A stretch of 64,000 nucleotides of DNA from Eledone cirrhosa (GCA_964016885.1 OZ024742.1:375348001-375412000); one strand, 5' to 3'. Positions 45,701-60,300 are shown, counted from the stretch's first letter. Notes: generated by a model not told the origin, from the sequence alone. A program made the numbers and translations.

Positions 45701-48700
45701 TCTTCTGTGCCTTTGTCTTCTTCTGTGCCTTTGACTTCTTCTGTGCCTTTGACTTCTTCTGTGCCTTTGACTTCTTCTGTTATTTTGACTTCTTCTGTGC
45801 CTTTGACTTCTTCTGTGCTTTTGACTTCTTCTGTGCCTTTGACTTCTTCTGTGCTTTTGACTTCTTCTGTGCCTTTGACTTCTTCTGTGCCTTTGTCTTC
45901 TTCTGTGCCTTTGACTTCTTATGTGCCTTTGTCTTCTTCTGTGCTTTTGACTTCTTCTGTGCCTTTGTCTTCTTCTCTGCCTTTGTCTTCTTCTGTGCTT
46001 TTGTCTTCTTCTGTGCCTTTGTCTTCTTCTGTGCCTTTGTCTTCTGCTGTGCCTTTGTCTTCTTCTGTGCTTTTGTTTTCTTCTGTGCTTTTGACTTCTT
46101 CTGTGCCTTTGACTTCTTCTGTGCCTTTGACTTCTTCTGTGCTTTTGACATCTTCTGTGCTTTTGACTTCTTCTGTGCCTTTGACTTCTTCTGTGCCTTT
46201 GACTTCTTCTGTGCTTTTGACATCTTCTGTGCCTTTGACTTCTTCTGTGCCTTTGACTTCTTCTGTGCCTTTGTCTTCTTCTGTGCCTTTGACTTCTTCT
46301 GTGCTTTTGTCTTCTTCTGTGCCTTTGACTTCTTCTATGCTTTTGTTTTCTTCTGTGCCTTTGACTTCTTCTGTGCCTTTGCCTTCTTCTGTGCATTTGA
46401 CTTCTTCTGTGTTTTTGACTTCTTCTGTGCCTTTGACTTCTTCTGTGCCTTTCTCTTCTTCTGTGACTTTGACTTCTTCTGTGCCTTTGACTTCTTCTGT
46501 GCTTTTGTTTTCTTCTGTGTTTTTGAGTTCTTCTGTGCCTTTGACTTCTTCTGTGCTTTTGACTTCTTCTGTGCCTTTGACTTCTTCTGGGCCTTTGACT
46601 TCTTCTGTGCTTTTGACTTCTTCTGTGCCTTTCACTTCTTCTGTGCCTTTGTCTTCTTCTGTGCCTTTGACTTCTTCTGTGCCTTTGACTTCTTCTGTGC
46701 TTTTGTTTCTTCTGTGCTTTTGACTTCTTCTGTGCCTTTGACTTCTTCTGTGCTTTTGACTTCTTCTGTGCCTTTGACTTCTTCTGTGACTTTGACTTCT
46801 TCTGTGCTTTTGTTTTCTTCTGTGCCTTTGACTACTTCTGTGCGTTTGACTTCTTCTGTGTATTTGACTTCTTCTGTGCTTTTGACTTCTTCTGTGCCTT
46901 TGACTTCTTCTGTGCCTTTGACTTCTTCTGTGCTTTTGACTTCTTCTGTGCCTTTGACTTCTTCTGTTCTTTTGACTTCTTCTGTGCCTTTGACTTCTAC
47001 TGTGCCTTTGACTTCTTCTGTGCTTTTGTCTTCTTCTGTGCCTTTGACTTCTTCTGTGCTTTTGACTTCTTCTGTGCCTTTGACTTCTTCTGTGCTTTTG
47101 TTTTCTTCTGTGCCTTTGACTTCTTCTGTGCCTTTGACTTCTTCTGTGCATTTGACTTCTTCTGTGCTTTTGACTTCTTCTGTGTCTTCGACTTCTTCTG
47201 TGCCTTTGTCTTCTTCTGTGCCTTTGACTTCTTCTGTGCCTTTGACTTCTTCTGTGCCTTTGACTTCTTCTGTGCTTTTGACTTCTTCTGTGCATTTGAC
47301 TTCTTCTGTGCCTTTGACTTCTTCTGTGCCTTTGTCTTCTTCTGTGCCTTTGACTTCTTCTGTGCCTTTGACTTCTTCTGTGCATTTGTTTTCCTCTGTG
47401 CTTTTGACTTCTTCTGTGCCTTTGACTTCTTCTGTGCCTTTGACTTCTTCTGTGCCTTTGACTTCTTCTGTGCTTTTGTTTTCTTCTGTGCCTTTGACTT
47501 CTTCTGTGCCTTTGTCTTCTGTGCCTTTGACTTCTTCTGTGCATTTGTTTTCTTCTGTGCTTTTGACTTCTTCTGTGCCTTTGACTTCTTCTGTGCCTTT
47601 GACTTCTTCTGTGCCTTTGACTTCTTCTGTGCTTTTGTTTTCTTCTGTGCCTTTGACTTCTTCTGTGCCTTTGTCTTCTGTGCCTTTGACTTCTTCTGTG
47701 CTTTTATTTTCTTCTGTGCTTTTGACTTCTTCTGTGCCTTTGACTTCTTCTGTGCCTTTGACTTCTTCAGTGCCTTTGACTTCTTCTGTGCCTTTGACTT
47801 CTTCTGTGCTTTTGACTTCTTCTGTGCCTTTGACTTCTTCTGTGCTTTTGACTTCTTCTGTGCCTTTGACTTCTTCTGTGCTTTTGACTTCTTCTGTGCA
47901 TTTGACTTCTTCTGTGCCTTTGACTTCTTCTGTGCCTTTGTCTTCTTCTGTGCCTTTGACTTCTTCTGTGCCTTTGACTTCTTCTGTGCATTTGTTTTCT
48001 TCTGTGCTTTTGACTTCTTCTGTGCCTTTGACTTCGTCTGTGCTTTTGACTTCTTCTGTGCCTTTGACTTCTTCTGTGATTTGACTTCTTCTGTGCTTTT
48101 GTTTTCTTCTGTGCTTTTGACTTCTACTGTGCCTTTGTCTTCTTCTGTGCCTTTGACTTCTTCTGTGCTTTTGTTTTCTTCTGTGCTTTTGACTTCTTCT
48201 GTGCCTTTGACTTCTTCTGTGCCTTTGACTTCTTCTGTGCTTTTGTTTTCTTCTGTGCCTTTGACTTCTTCTGTGCCTTTGTCTTCTGTGCCTTTGACTT
48301 CTTCTGTGCATTTGTTTTCTTCTGTGCTTTTGTTTTCTTCTGTGCTTTTGACTTCTTCTGTGCCTTTGACTTCTTCTGTGTCTTTGACTTCTTCTGTGCT
48401 TTTGTTTTCTTCTGTGCTTTTGACTTCTTCTGTGCCTTTGACTTCTTCTGTGCCTTTGACTTCTTCTGTGCCTTTGACTTCTTCTGTGCTTTTGACTTCT
48501 TCTGTGCCTTTGACTTCTTCTGTGCTTTTGACTTCTTCTGTGCCTTTGACTTCTTCTGTGCCTTTGACTTCTTCTGTGCCTTTGACTTCTTCTGTGCCTT
48601 TGACTTCTTCTGTGCTTCTGACTTCTTCTGTGCCTTTGACTTCATCTGTGCTTTTGACTTCTTCTGTGCTTTTGACTTCTTCTGTGCCTTTGACTTCTTC

Positions 48701-51700
48701 TGTGCCTTTGACTTCTTCTGTGCTTTTGACTTCTTCTGTGCCTTTGACTTCTTCCGTGCCTTTGACTTCTTCTCTGCTTTTGATTTCTTCTGTGCCTTTG
48801 ACTTCTTCTGTGCCTTTGACTTCTTCTGTGCCTTTGTCTTCTGTGCCTTTGACTTCTTCTGTGCCTTTGACTTCTTCTGTGCATTTGACTTCTTCTGTGC
48901 TTTTGACTTCTTCTGTGCCTTTGACTTCTTCTGTGCCTTTGTCTTCTTCTGTGCCTTTGACTTCTTCTGTGCCTTTGATTTCTTCTGTGCTTTTGTTTTC
49001 TTCTGTGCTTTTGAGTTCTTCTGTGCCTTTGACTTCTTCTGTGCTTTTGACTTCTTCTGTGCCTTTGACTTCTTCTGTGCCTTTGACTTCTTCTGTGCTT
49101 TTGACTTCTTCTGTGCCTTTCACTTCTTCTGTGCTTTTGTTTTCTTCTGTGCTTTTGACTTCTTCTGTGCCTTTGACTTCTTCTGTGCTTTTGACTTCTT
49201 CTGTGCCTTTGACTTCTTCTGTGACTTTGACTTCTTCTGTGCTTTTGTTTTCTTCTGTGCCTTTGACTTCTTCTGTGCCTTTGACTTCTTCTGTGCATTT
49301 GACTTCTTCTGTGCTTTTGACTTCTTCTGTGCCTTTGACTTCTTCTGTGCCTTTGACTTCTTCTGTGCTTTTGACTTCTTCTGTGCCTTTGACTTCTTCT
49401 GTGCTTTTGACTTCTTCTGTGCATTTGACTTCTTCTGTGCCTTTGACTTCTTCTGTGCCTTTGTCTTCTTCTGTGCCTTTGACTTCTTCTGTGCCTTTGA
49501 CTTCTTCTGTGCTTTTGTTTTCTTCTGTGCTTTTGACTTCTTCTGTGCCTTTGACTTCTTCTGTGCTTTTGACTTCTTCTGGGCCTTTGACTTATTCTGT
49601 GCCTTTGACTTCTTCTGTGCTTTTGTTTTCTTCTGTGCTTTTGACTTCTTCTGTGCCTTTGTCTTCTTCTGTGCCTTTGACTTCTTCTGTGCTTTTGACT
49701 TCTTCTGTGCCTTTGACTTCTTCTGTGCCTTTGACTTCTTCTCTGCTTTTGACTTCTTCTGTGCCTTTGACTTCTTCTGTGCCTTTGACTTCTTCTGTGC
49801 CTTTGTCTTCTTCTATGCTTTTGTTTTCTTCTGTGCCTTTGACTTCTTCTGTGCCTTTGACTTCTTCTGTGCATTTGACTTCTTCTGTGCTTTTGACTTC
49901 TTCTGTGCTTTTGTTTTCTTCTGTGCTTTTGACTTCTTCTGTGCCTTTGACTTCTTCTGTGCTTTTGACTTCTTCTGTGCCTTTGACTTCTTCTGTGCCT
50001 TTGACTTCTTCTGTGCTTTTGTTTTCTTCTGTGCCTTTGACTTCTTCTGTGCCTTTGACTTCTTCTGTGCATTTGACTTCTTCTGTGCTTTTGACTTCTT
50101 CTGTGCCTTTGACTTCTTCTGTGCCTTTGTCTTCTTCTGTGCCTTTGACTTCTTCTGTGCTTTTGTTTTCTTCTGTGCTTTTGACTTCTTCTGTGCCTTT
50201 GACTTCTTCTGTGCCTTTGACTTCTTCTCTGCTTTTGACTTCTTCTGTGCCTTTGACTTCTTCTGTGCCTTTGACTTCTTCTGTGCCTTTGTCTTCTTCT
50301 ATGCTTTTGTTTTCTTCTGTGCCTTTGACTTCTTCTGTGCCTTTGACTTCTTCTGTGCATTTGACTTCTTCTGTGCTTTTGACTTCTTCTGTGCTTTTGT
50401 TTTCTTCTGTGCTTTTGACTTCTTCTGTGCCTTTGACTTCTTCTGTGCTTTTGACTTCTTCTGTGCCTTTGACTTCTTCTGTGCCTTTGACTTCTTCTGT
50501 GCTTTTGTTTTCTTCTGTGCCTTTGACTTCTTCTGTGCCTTTGACTTCTTCTGTGCATTTGACTTCTTCTGTGCTTTTGACTTCTTCTGTGCCTTTGACT
50601 TCTTCTGTGCCTTTGTCTTCTTCTGTGCCTTTGACTTCTTCTGTGCTTTTGTTTTCTTCTGTGCTTTTGACTTCTTCTGTGCCTTTGACTTCTTCTGTGC
50701 CTTTAACTTCTGTGCTTTTGAATTCTTCTGTGCCTTTGACTTCTTCTGTGCCTTTGACTTCTTCTGTGCTTTTGACTTCTTCTGAGCCTTTGACTTCTGT
50801 GCCTTTGACTTCTTCTGTGCCTTTGTCCTCTTCTGTGCCTTTGACTTCTTCTGTGCCTTTGACTTCTTCTGTGCTCTTGACTTCTTCTGTGCCTTTGACG
50901 TCTTTTGTGCTTTTGTTTTCTTCTGTTCCTTTGACTTCTTCTGTGCCTTTAACTTCTTCTGTGCCTTTGACTTCTTCTGTGCTTTTGACTTCTTCTGTGC
51001 CTTTGTCTTCTTCTGTGCCTTTGAATTCTTCTGTGCTTTTGACTTCTTCTGTGCCTTTGACTTCTTCTGTGCCTTTGTCTTCTTCTGTGCCTTTGACTTC
51101 TTCTGTGCTTTTGTTTTCTTCTGTGCTTTTGACTTCTTCTGTGCCTTTGATTTCTTCTGTGCCTTTAACTTCTTCTGTGCTTTTGACTTCTTCTGTGCCT
51201 TTGACTTCTTCTGTGCCTTTGTCTTCTTCTGTGCTTTTGACTTCTTCTGTGCCTTTGACTTCTTCTGTGCCTTTGACTTTTTCTGTGCCTTTGTCTTCTT
51301 CTGTGCCTTTGACCTCTTCTGTGCCTTTGACTTCTTCTGTGCTTTTGTTTTCTTCTGTGCTTTTGACTTCTTGTGTGCCTTTGACTTCTTCTGTGCTTTT
51401 GACTTCTTCTGTGCCTTTGACTTCTTCTGTGCCTTTGTCTTCTTCTGTGCCTTTGACTTCTTCTCTGCCTTTGACTTCTTCTGTGCCTTTGTCTTCTTCT
51501 GTGCCTTTGACTTCTTCTGTGCCTTTGACTTCTTCTGTGGTTTTGTTTTCTTCTGTGCTTTTGACTTCTTCTGTGCCTTTGTCTTCTTCTGTGCATTTGA
51601 CCTCTTCTGTGCCTTTGACTTCTTCTGTGCTTTTGACTTCTTCTGTGCCTTTGACTTCTTCTGTGCTTTTGACTTCTTCTGTGCTTTTGACTTCTTCTGT

Positions 51701-54700
51701 GCCTTTGTCTTCTTCTGTGCCTTTGACTTCTTATGTGCCTTTGTCTTCTTCTGTGCTTTTGACTTCTTCTGTGCCTTTGTCTTCTTCTCTGCCTTTGTCT
51801 TCTTCTGTGCTTTTGTCTTCTTCTGTGCCTTTGTCTTCTTCTGTGCCTTTGTCTTCTTCTGTGCCTTTGTCTTCTTCTGTGCCTTTGACTTCTTCTGTGC
51901 TTTTGACTTTTTCTGTGCCTTTGACTTCTTCTGTGCCTTTGACTTCTTCTGTGCCTTTGTCTTCTTCTGTGCCTTTGACTTCTTCTGTGCCTTTGACTTC
52001 TTCTGTGGTTTTGTTTTCTTCTGTGCTTTTGACTTCTTCTGTGCCTTTGACTTCTTCTGTGCCTTTGACTTCTTCTGTGCCTTTGTCTTCTTCTGTGCCT
52101 TTGACCTCTTCTGTGCCTTTGACTTCTTCTGTGCTTTTGTTTTCTTCTGTGCTTTTGACTTCTTCTGTGCCTTTGTCTTCTTCTGTGCCTTTGACTTCTT
52201 CTGTGCCTTTGACTTCTTCTGTGCCTTTGACTTCTTCTGTGCCTTTGTCTTCTTCTGTGCCTTTGACTTCTTCTGTGCCTTTGACTTCTTCTGTGGTTTT
52301 GTTTTCTTCTGTGCTTTTGACTTCTTCTGTGCCTTTGACTTCTTCTGTGCCTTTAACTTCTTCTGTGCTTTTGACTTCTTCTGTGCCTTTGACTTCTTCT
52401 GTGCCTTTGACTTCTTCTGTGCATTTGACTTCTTCTGTGCCTTTGTCTTCTTCTGTGCCTTTGACCTCTTCTGTGCCTTTGACTTCTTCTGTGCTTTTGT
52501 TTTCTTCTGTGCTTTTGACTTCTTCTGTGCCTTTGTCTTCTTCTGTGCCTTTGACTTCTTCTGTGCCTTTGACTTCTTCTGTGCCTTAGACTTCTTCTGT
52601 TCTTTTGACTTCTTCTGTGCCTTTGACTTCTTCTGTGCTTTTGACTTCTTCTGTGCCTTTGACTTCTTCTGTGCCTTTAACTTCTTCTGTGCTTTTGACT
52701 TCTTCTGTGCCTTTGACTTCTTCTGTGCCTTTGACTTCTTCTGTGCCTTTGACTTCTTCTGTGCCTTTGACTTCTTCTGTGCCTTTGTCTTCTTCTGTGC
52801 CCTTGACTTCTTCTGTGCCTTTGACTTCTTCTGTGCTTTTGTTTCCTTCTGTGCTTTTGACTTCTTCTGTGCCTTTGACTTCTTCTGTGCCTTTGACTTC
52901 TTCTGTGCCTTTGACTTCTTCTGTGCCTTTGACTTCTTCTGTGCTTTTGTTTTCTTCTGTGCCTTTGACTTCTTCTGTGCCTTTGATTTCTTCTGTGCCT
53001 TTGACTTCTTCTGTGCCTTTGACTTCTTCTGTGCTTTTGACTTCTTCTGTGCCTTTGACTTCTTCTGTGGTTTTGACTTCTTCTGTGCCTTTGACTTCTT
53101 CTGTGCCTTTGTCTTCTTCTGTGCCTTTGACTTCGTCTGTGCTTTTGACTTCTTCTGTGCTTTTGACTTCTTCTGTGCCTTTGACTTCTTCTGTGCTTTT
53201 GTTTTCTTCTGTACTTTTGACTTCTTCTGTGCCTTTGACTTCTTCTCTGCCTTTGACTTCTTCTGTGCTTTTGACTTCTTCTGTGCCTTTGACTTCTTCT
53301 GTGCCTTTGACTTCTTCTGTGCTTTTGACTTCTTCTGTGCCTTTGTCTTCTTCTGTGCCTTTGACTTCTTCTGTGCTTTTGTTTTCTTCTGTGCTTTTGA
53401 CTTCTTCTGTGCCTTTGAATTCTTCTGTGCCTTTAACTTCTTCTGTGCTTTTGACTTATTCTGTGCCATTGACTTCTTCTGTGCCTTTGACTTCTTCTGT
53501 GCTTTTGACTTCTTCTGTGCCTTTGACTTCTTCTGTGCCTTTGACTTCTTCTGTGCCTTTGTCTTCTTCTGTGCCTTTGACTTCTTCTGTGCCTTTGCCT
53601 TCTTCTGTGGTTTTGTTTTCTTCTGTGCTTTTGACTTCTTCTGTGCCTTTGACTTCTTCTGTGCCTTTGACTTCTTCTGTGCTTTTGTTTTCTTCTGTGC
53701 TTTTGACTTCTTCTGTGCCTTTGTCTTCTTCTGTGCCTTTGACTTCTTCTGTGCCTTTGACTTCTTCTGTGCCTTTGACTTCTTCTGTTCTTTTGACTTC
53801 TTCTGTGCCTTTGACTTCTTCTGTGCTTTTGACTTCTTCTGTGCCTTTGACTTCTTCTGTGCTTTTGACTTCTTCTGTGCCTTTGACTTCTTCTGTGCCT
53901 TTGTCTTCTTCTGTGCCTTTGACTTCTTATGTGCCTTTGTCTTCTACTGTGCTTTTGACTTCTTCTGTGCCTTTGTCTTCTTCTCTGCCTTTGTCTTCTT
54001 CTGTGCTTTTGTCTTCTTCTGTGCCTTTGTCTTCTTCTGTGCCTTTGTCTTCTTCTGTGCCTTTGTCTTCTTCTGTGCTTTTGTTTTCTTCTGTGCTTTT
54101 GACTTCTTCTGTGCCTTTGACTTCTTCTGTGCCTTTGACTTCTTCTGTGCCTTTGACTTCTTCTGTGCTTTTGTCTTCTTCTGTGCCTTTGACTTCTTCT
54201 ATGCTTTTGTTTTCTTCTGTGCCTTTGACTTCTTCTGTGCCTTTGCCTTCTTCTGTGCATTTGACTTCTTCTGTGTTTTTGACTTCTTCTGTGCCTTTGA
54301 CTTCTTCTGTGCCTTTCTCTTCTTCTGTGACTTTGACTTCTTCTGTGCCTTTGACTTCTTCTGTGCTTTTGTTTTCTTCTGTGCTTTTGAGTTCTTCTGT
54401 GCATTTGACTTCTTCTGTGCTTTTGACTTCTTCTGTGCCTTTGACTTCTTCTGGGCCTTTGACTTCTTCTGTGCTTTTGACTTCTTCTGTGCCTTTCACT
54501 TCTTCTGTGCCTTTGTCTTCTTCTGTGCCTTTGACTTCTTCTGTGCCTTTGACTTCTTCTGTGCTTTTGTTTTCTTCTGTGCTTTTGACTTCTTCTGTGC
54601 CTTTGACTTCTTCTGTGCTTTTGACTTCTTCTGTGCCTTTGACTTCTTCTGTGACTTTGACTTCTTCTGTGCTTTTGTTTTCTTCTGTGCCTTTGACTTC

Positions 54701-57399
54701 TTCTGTGCGTTTGACTTCTTCTGTGTATTTGACTTCTTCTGTGCTTTTGACTTCTTCTGTGCCTTTGACTTCTTCTGTGCCTTTGACTTCTTCTGTGCTT
54801 TTGACTTCCTCTGTGCCTTTGACTTCTTCTGTGCTTTTGACTTCTTCTGTGCATTTGACTTCTTCTGTGCCTTTGACTTCTTCTGTGCCTTTGTCTTCTT
54901 CTGTGCCTTTGACTTCTTCTGTGCCTTTGACTTCTTCTGTGCTTTTGTTTTCTTCTGTGCTTTTGACTTCTTCTGTGCATTTGACTTCTTCTGTGCTTTT
55001 GACTTCTTCTGTGCCTTTGACTTATTCTGTGCCTTTGACTTCTTCTGTGCTTTTGTTTTCTTCTGTGCTTTTGACTTCTTCTGTGCCTTTGTCTTCTTCT
55101 GTGCCTTTGACTTCTTCTGTGCTTTTGACTTCTTCTGTGCCTTTGACTTCTTCTGTGCCTTTGACTTCTTCTGTGCCTTTGACTTCTTCTCTGCTTTTGA
55201 CTTCTTCTGTGCCTTTGACTTCTTCTGTGCCTTTGACTTCTTCTGTGCCTTTGTCTTCTTCTATGCTTTTGTTTTCTTCTGTGCCTTTGACTGCTTCTGT
55301 GCTTTTGTTTTCTTCTGTGCTTTTGACTTCTTCTGTGCCTTTGACTTCTTCTGTGCCTTTAACTTCTTCTGTGCTTTTGACTTCTTCTGTGCCTTTGACT
55401 TCTTCTGTGCCTTTGACTTCTTCTGTGCTTTTGACTTCTTCTGAGCCTTTGACTTCTGTGCCTTTGACTTCTTCTGTGCCTTTGTCCTCTTCTGTGCCTT
55501 TGACTTCTTCTGTGCCTTTGACTTCTTCTGTGCCTTTGACTTCTTCTGTGCCTTTGAGGTCTTTTGTGCTTTTGTTTTCTTCTGTGCCTTTGACTTCTTC
55601 TGTGCCTTTAACTTCTTCTGTGCCTTTGACTTCTTCTGTGCTTTTGACTTCTTCTGTGCTTTTGACTTGTTCTGTGCCTTTGACTTCTTCTGTGCCTTTG
55701 ACTTCTTCTGTGCTTTTGACTTCTTCTGTGCCTTTGACTTCTTCTGTGCCTTTGACTTCTTCTGTGCCTTTGTCTTCTTCTGTGCCTTTGACTTCTTCTG
55801 TTACTTTGACTTCTTCTGTGCTTTTGTTTTCTTCTGTGCCTTTGACTTCTTCTGTGCCTTTGACTTCTTCTGTGCATTTGACTTCTTCTGTGCTTTTGAC
55901 TTCTTCTCTGCCTTTGACTTCTTCTGTGCCTTTGTCTTCTTCTGTGCCTTTGACTTCTTCTGTGCTTTTGTTTTCTTCTGTGCTTTTGACTTCTTCTGTG
56001 CCTTTGACTTCTTCTGTGCCTTTAACTTCTTCTGTGCTTTTGACTTCTTCTGTGCCTTTGACTTCTTCTGTGCCTTTGACTTCTTCTGTGCTTTTGACTT
56101 CTTCTGTGCCTTTGACTTCTTCTGTGCCTTTGACTTCTTCTGTGCCTTTGTCTTCTTCTGTGCCTTTGACTTCTTCTGTGCCTTTGACTTCTTCTGTGCT
56201 TTTGTTTCCTTCTGTGCTTTTGACTTCTTCTGTGCCTTTGACTTCTTCTGTGCCTTTGACTTCTTCTGTGCCTTTGACTTCTTCTGTGCCTTTGACTTCT
56301 TCTGTGCTTTTGTTTTCTTCTGTGCCTTTGACTTCTTCTGTGCCTTTGATTTCTTCTGTGCCTTTAACTTCTTCTGTGCCTTTGACTTCTTCTGTGCTTT
56401 TGACTTCTTCTGTGCCTTTGACTTCTTCTGTGGTTTTGACTTCTTCTGTGCCTTTGACTTCTTCTGTGCCTTTGTCTTCTTCTGTGCCTTTGACTTCGTC
56501 TGTGCTTTTGACTTCTTCTGTGCTTTTGACTTCTTCTGTGCCTTTGACTTCTTCTGTGCCTTTGACTTCTTCTGTGCTTTTGACTTCTTCTGTGCCTTTG
56601 ACTTCTTCTGTGCCTTTGTCTTCTTCTGTGCCTTTGACTTCTTCTGTGCTTTTGTTTTCTTCTGTGCTTTTGACTTCTCCTGTGCCTTTGAATTCTTCTG
56701 TGCCTTTAACTTCTTCTGTGCTTTTGACTTATTCTGTGCCATTGAATTCTTCTGTGCCTTTGACTTCTTCTGTGCTTTTGACTTCTTCTGTGCCTTTGAC
56801 TTCTTCTGTGCCTTTGACTTCTTCTGTGCCTTTGTCTTCTTCTGTGCCTTTGACTTCTTCTGTGCCTTTGACTTCTTCTGTGCTTTTGTTTTCTTCTGTG
56901 CTTTTGACTTCTTCTGTGCCTTTGACTTCTTCTGTGCCTTTGACTTTTTCTGTGCCTTTGTCTTCTTCTGTGCCTTTGACCTCTTCTGTGCCTTTGACTT
57001 CTTCTGTGCTTTTGTTTTCTTCTGTGCTTTTGACTTCTTCTGTGCCTTTGTCTTCTTCTGTGCCTTTGACTTCTTCTGTGCCTTTGACTTCTTCTGTGCC
57101 TTTGACTTCTTCTGTTCTTTTGACTTCTTCTGTGCCTTTGACTTCTTCTGTGCTTTTGACTTCTTCTGTGCCTTTGACTTCTTCTGTGCTTTTGACTTCT
57201 TCTGTGCCTTTGACTTCTTCTGTGCCTTTGTCTTCTTCTGTGCCTTTGACTTCTTCTGTGCCTTTGTCTTCTTCTGTGCTTTTGACTTCTTCTGTGCCTT
57301 TGTCTTCTTCTGTGCCTTTGTCTTCTTCTGTGCTTTTGTCTTCTTCTGTGCCTTTGTCTTCTTCTGTGCCTTTGTCTTCTTCTGTGCCTTTGTCTTCTT

Positions 57400-60300
57400 C
57401 TGTGCTTTTGTTTTCTTCTGTGCTTTTGACTTCTTCTGTGCCTTTGACTTCTTCTGTGCCTTTGACTTCTTCTGTGCTTTTGACATCTTCTGTGCCTTTG
57501 ACTTCTTCTGTGCCTTTGACTTCTTCTGTGCCTTTGTCTTCTTCTGTGCCTTTGTCTTCTTCTGTGCTTTTGTTTTCTTCTGTGCTTTTGACTTCTTCTC
57601 TGCCTTTGACTTCTTCTGTGCCTTTGACTTCTTCTGTGCCTTTGACTTCTTCTGTGCTTTTGACTTCTTCTGTGCCTTTGACTTCTTCTGTGCCTTTGTC
57701 TTCTTCTGTGCTTTTGACTTCTTCTGTGCCTTTGTCTTTTTCTGTGCCTTTGACTTCTTCTGTGCTTTTGTCTTCTTCTGTGCCTTTGACTTCTTCTGTG
57801 CTTTTGACTTCTTCTGTGCCTTTGACTTCTTTTGTGCTTTTGTTTTCTTCTGTGCTTTTGACTTCTTCTGTGCCTTTGACTTCTTCTGTGCCTTTGACTT
57901 CTTCTGTGCCTTTGACTTCTTCTGTGCTTTTCTCTTCTTCTGTGCCTTTGACTTCTTCTGTGCTTTTGTCTTCTTCTGTGCCTTTGACTTCTTCTGTGCT
58001 TTTGACTTCTTCTGTGCCTTTGACTTCTTCTGTGCTTTTGTTTTCTTCTGTGCCTTTGACTTCTTCTGTGTCTTTGACTTCTTCTGTGCATTTGACTTCT
58101 TCTGTGCTTTTGACTTCTTCTGTGCCTTTGACTTCTTCTGTGCCTTTGACTTCTTCTGTGCCTTTGACTTCTTCTGTGCCTTAGACTTCTTCTGTGCTTT
58201 TGTTTTCTTCTGTGCTTTTGACTTCTTCTGTGCCTTTGTCTTCTTCTGTGCCTTTGACTTCTTCTGTGCTTTTGACTTCTTCTGTGCCTTTGACTTCTTC
58301 TGTGCCTTTGACTTCTTCTGTGCCTTTGTCTTCTTCTGTGCCTTTGACTTCTTCTGTGCCTTTGACTTCTTCTGTGCTTTTGTTTCCTTCTGTGCTTTTG
58401 ACTTCTTCTGTGTTTTTGACTTCTTCTGTGCCTTTGACTTCTTCTGTGCCTTTGACTTCTTCTGTGCCTTTGACTTCTTCTGTGCTTTTGTTTTCTTCTG
58501 TGCCTTTGACTTCTTCTGTGCCTTTGATTTCTTCTGTGCCTTTGAGTTCTTCTGTGCCTTTGACTTCTTCTGTGCTTTTGACTTCTTCTGTGCCTTAGAC
58601 TTCTTCTGTGGTTTTGACTTCTTCTGTGCCTTTGTCTTCTTCTGTGCCTTTGACTTCTTCTGTGCTTTTGACTTCCTCTGTGCTTTTGTTTTCTTCTGTG
58701 CTTTTGACTTCTTCTGTGCCTTTGACTTCTTCTGTGCCTTTGACTTCTTCTGTGCCTTTGTCTTCTTCTGTGCCTTTGACCTCTTCTGTGCCTTTGACTT
58801 CTTCTGTGCTTTTGTTTTCTTCTGTGCTTTTGACTTCTTCTGTGCTTTTGACTTCTTCTGTGCCTTTGACTTCTTCTGTGCCTTTGACTTCTTCTGTGCT
58901 TTTGACATCTTCTGTGCCTTTGACTTCTTCTGTGCCTTTGACTTCCTCTGTGCCTTTGACTTCTTCTGTTCTTTTGACTTCTTCTGTGCCTTTGACTTCT
59001 TCTGTGCTTTTGACTTCTTCTGTGTTTTTGACTTCTTCTGTGCTTTTGACTTCTTCTGTGCCTTTGACTTCTTATGTGCCTTTGTCTTCTTCTGTGCCTT
59101 TGACTTCTTCTGTGCCGTTGTCTTCTTCTGTGCTTTTGACTTCTTCTGTGCCTTTGTCTTCTTCTGTGCCTTTGTCTTCTTCTGTGCTTTTGTCTTCTTC
59201 TGTGCCTTTGTCTTCTTCTGTGCCTTTGTCTTCTTCTGTGCTTTTGTTTTCTTCTGTGCTTTTGACTTCTTCTGTGCCTTTGACTTCTTCTGTGCCTTTG
59301 ACTTCTTCTGTGCTTTTGACATCTTCTGTGCCTTTGACTTCTTCTGTGCCTTTGACTTCTTCTGTGCCTTTGTCTTTTTCTGTGCCTTTGACTTCTTCTG
59401 TGCTTTTGTCTTCTTCTGTGCCTTTGACTTCTTCTGTGCTTTTGACTTCTTCTGTGCCTTTGACTTCTTTTGTGCTTTTGTTTTCTTCTGTGCTTTTGAC
59501 TTCTTCTGTGCCTTTGACTTCTTCTGTGCCTTTGACTTCTTCTGTGCCTTTGACTTCTTCTGTGCTTTTCTCTTCTTCTGTGCCTTTGACTTCTTCTGTG
59601 CTTTTGTCTTCTTCTGTGCCTTTGACTTCTTCTGTGCTTTTGACTTCTTCTGTGCCTTTGACTTCTTCTGTGCTTTTGTTTTCTTCTGTGCCTTTGACTT
59701 CTTCTGTGCCTTTGACTTCTTCTGTGCATTTGACTTCTTCTGTGCTTTTGACTTCTTCTGTGCCTTTGACTTCTTCTGTGCCTTTGACTTCTTCTGTGCC
59801 TTTGACTTCTTCTGTGCCTTAGACTTCTTCTGTGCTTTTGTTTTCTTCTGTGCTTTTGACTTCTTCTGTGCCTTTGTCTTCTTCTGTGCCTTTGACTTCT
59901 TCTGTGCTTTTGACTCCTTCTGTGCCTTTGACTTCTTCTGTGCCTTTGACTTCTTCTGTGCCTTTGTCTTCTTCTGTGCCTTTGACTTCTTCTGTGCCTT
60001 TGACTTCTTCTGTGCTTTTGTTTCCTTCTGTGCTTTTGACTTCTTCTGTGTCTTTGACTTCTTCTGTGCCTTTGACTTCTTCTGTGCCTTTGACTTCTTC
60101 TGTGCCTTTGACTTCTTCTGTGCTTTTGTTTTCTTCTGTGCCTTTGACTTCTTCTGTGCCTTTGATTTCTTCTGTGCCTTTGACTTCTTCTGTGCCTTTG
60201 ACTTCTTCTGTGCTTTTGACTTCTTCTGTGCCTTTGACTTCTTCTGTGGTTTTGACTTCTTCTGTGCCTTTGACTTCTTCTGTGCCTTTGTCTTCTTCTG

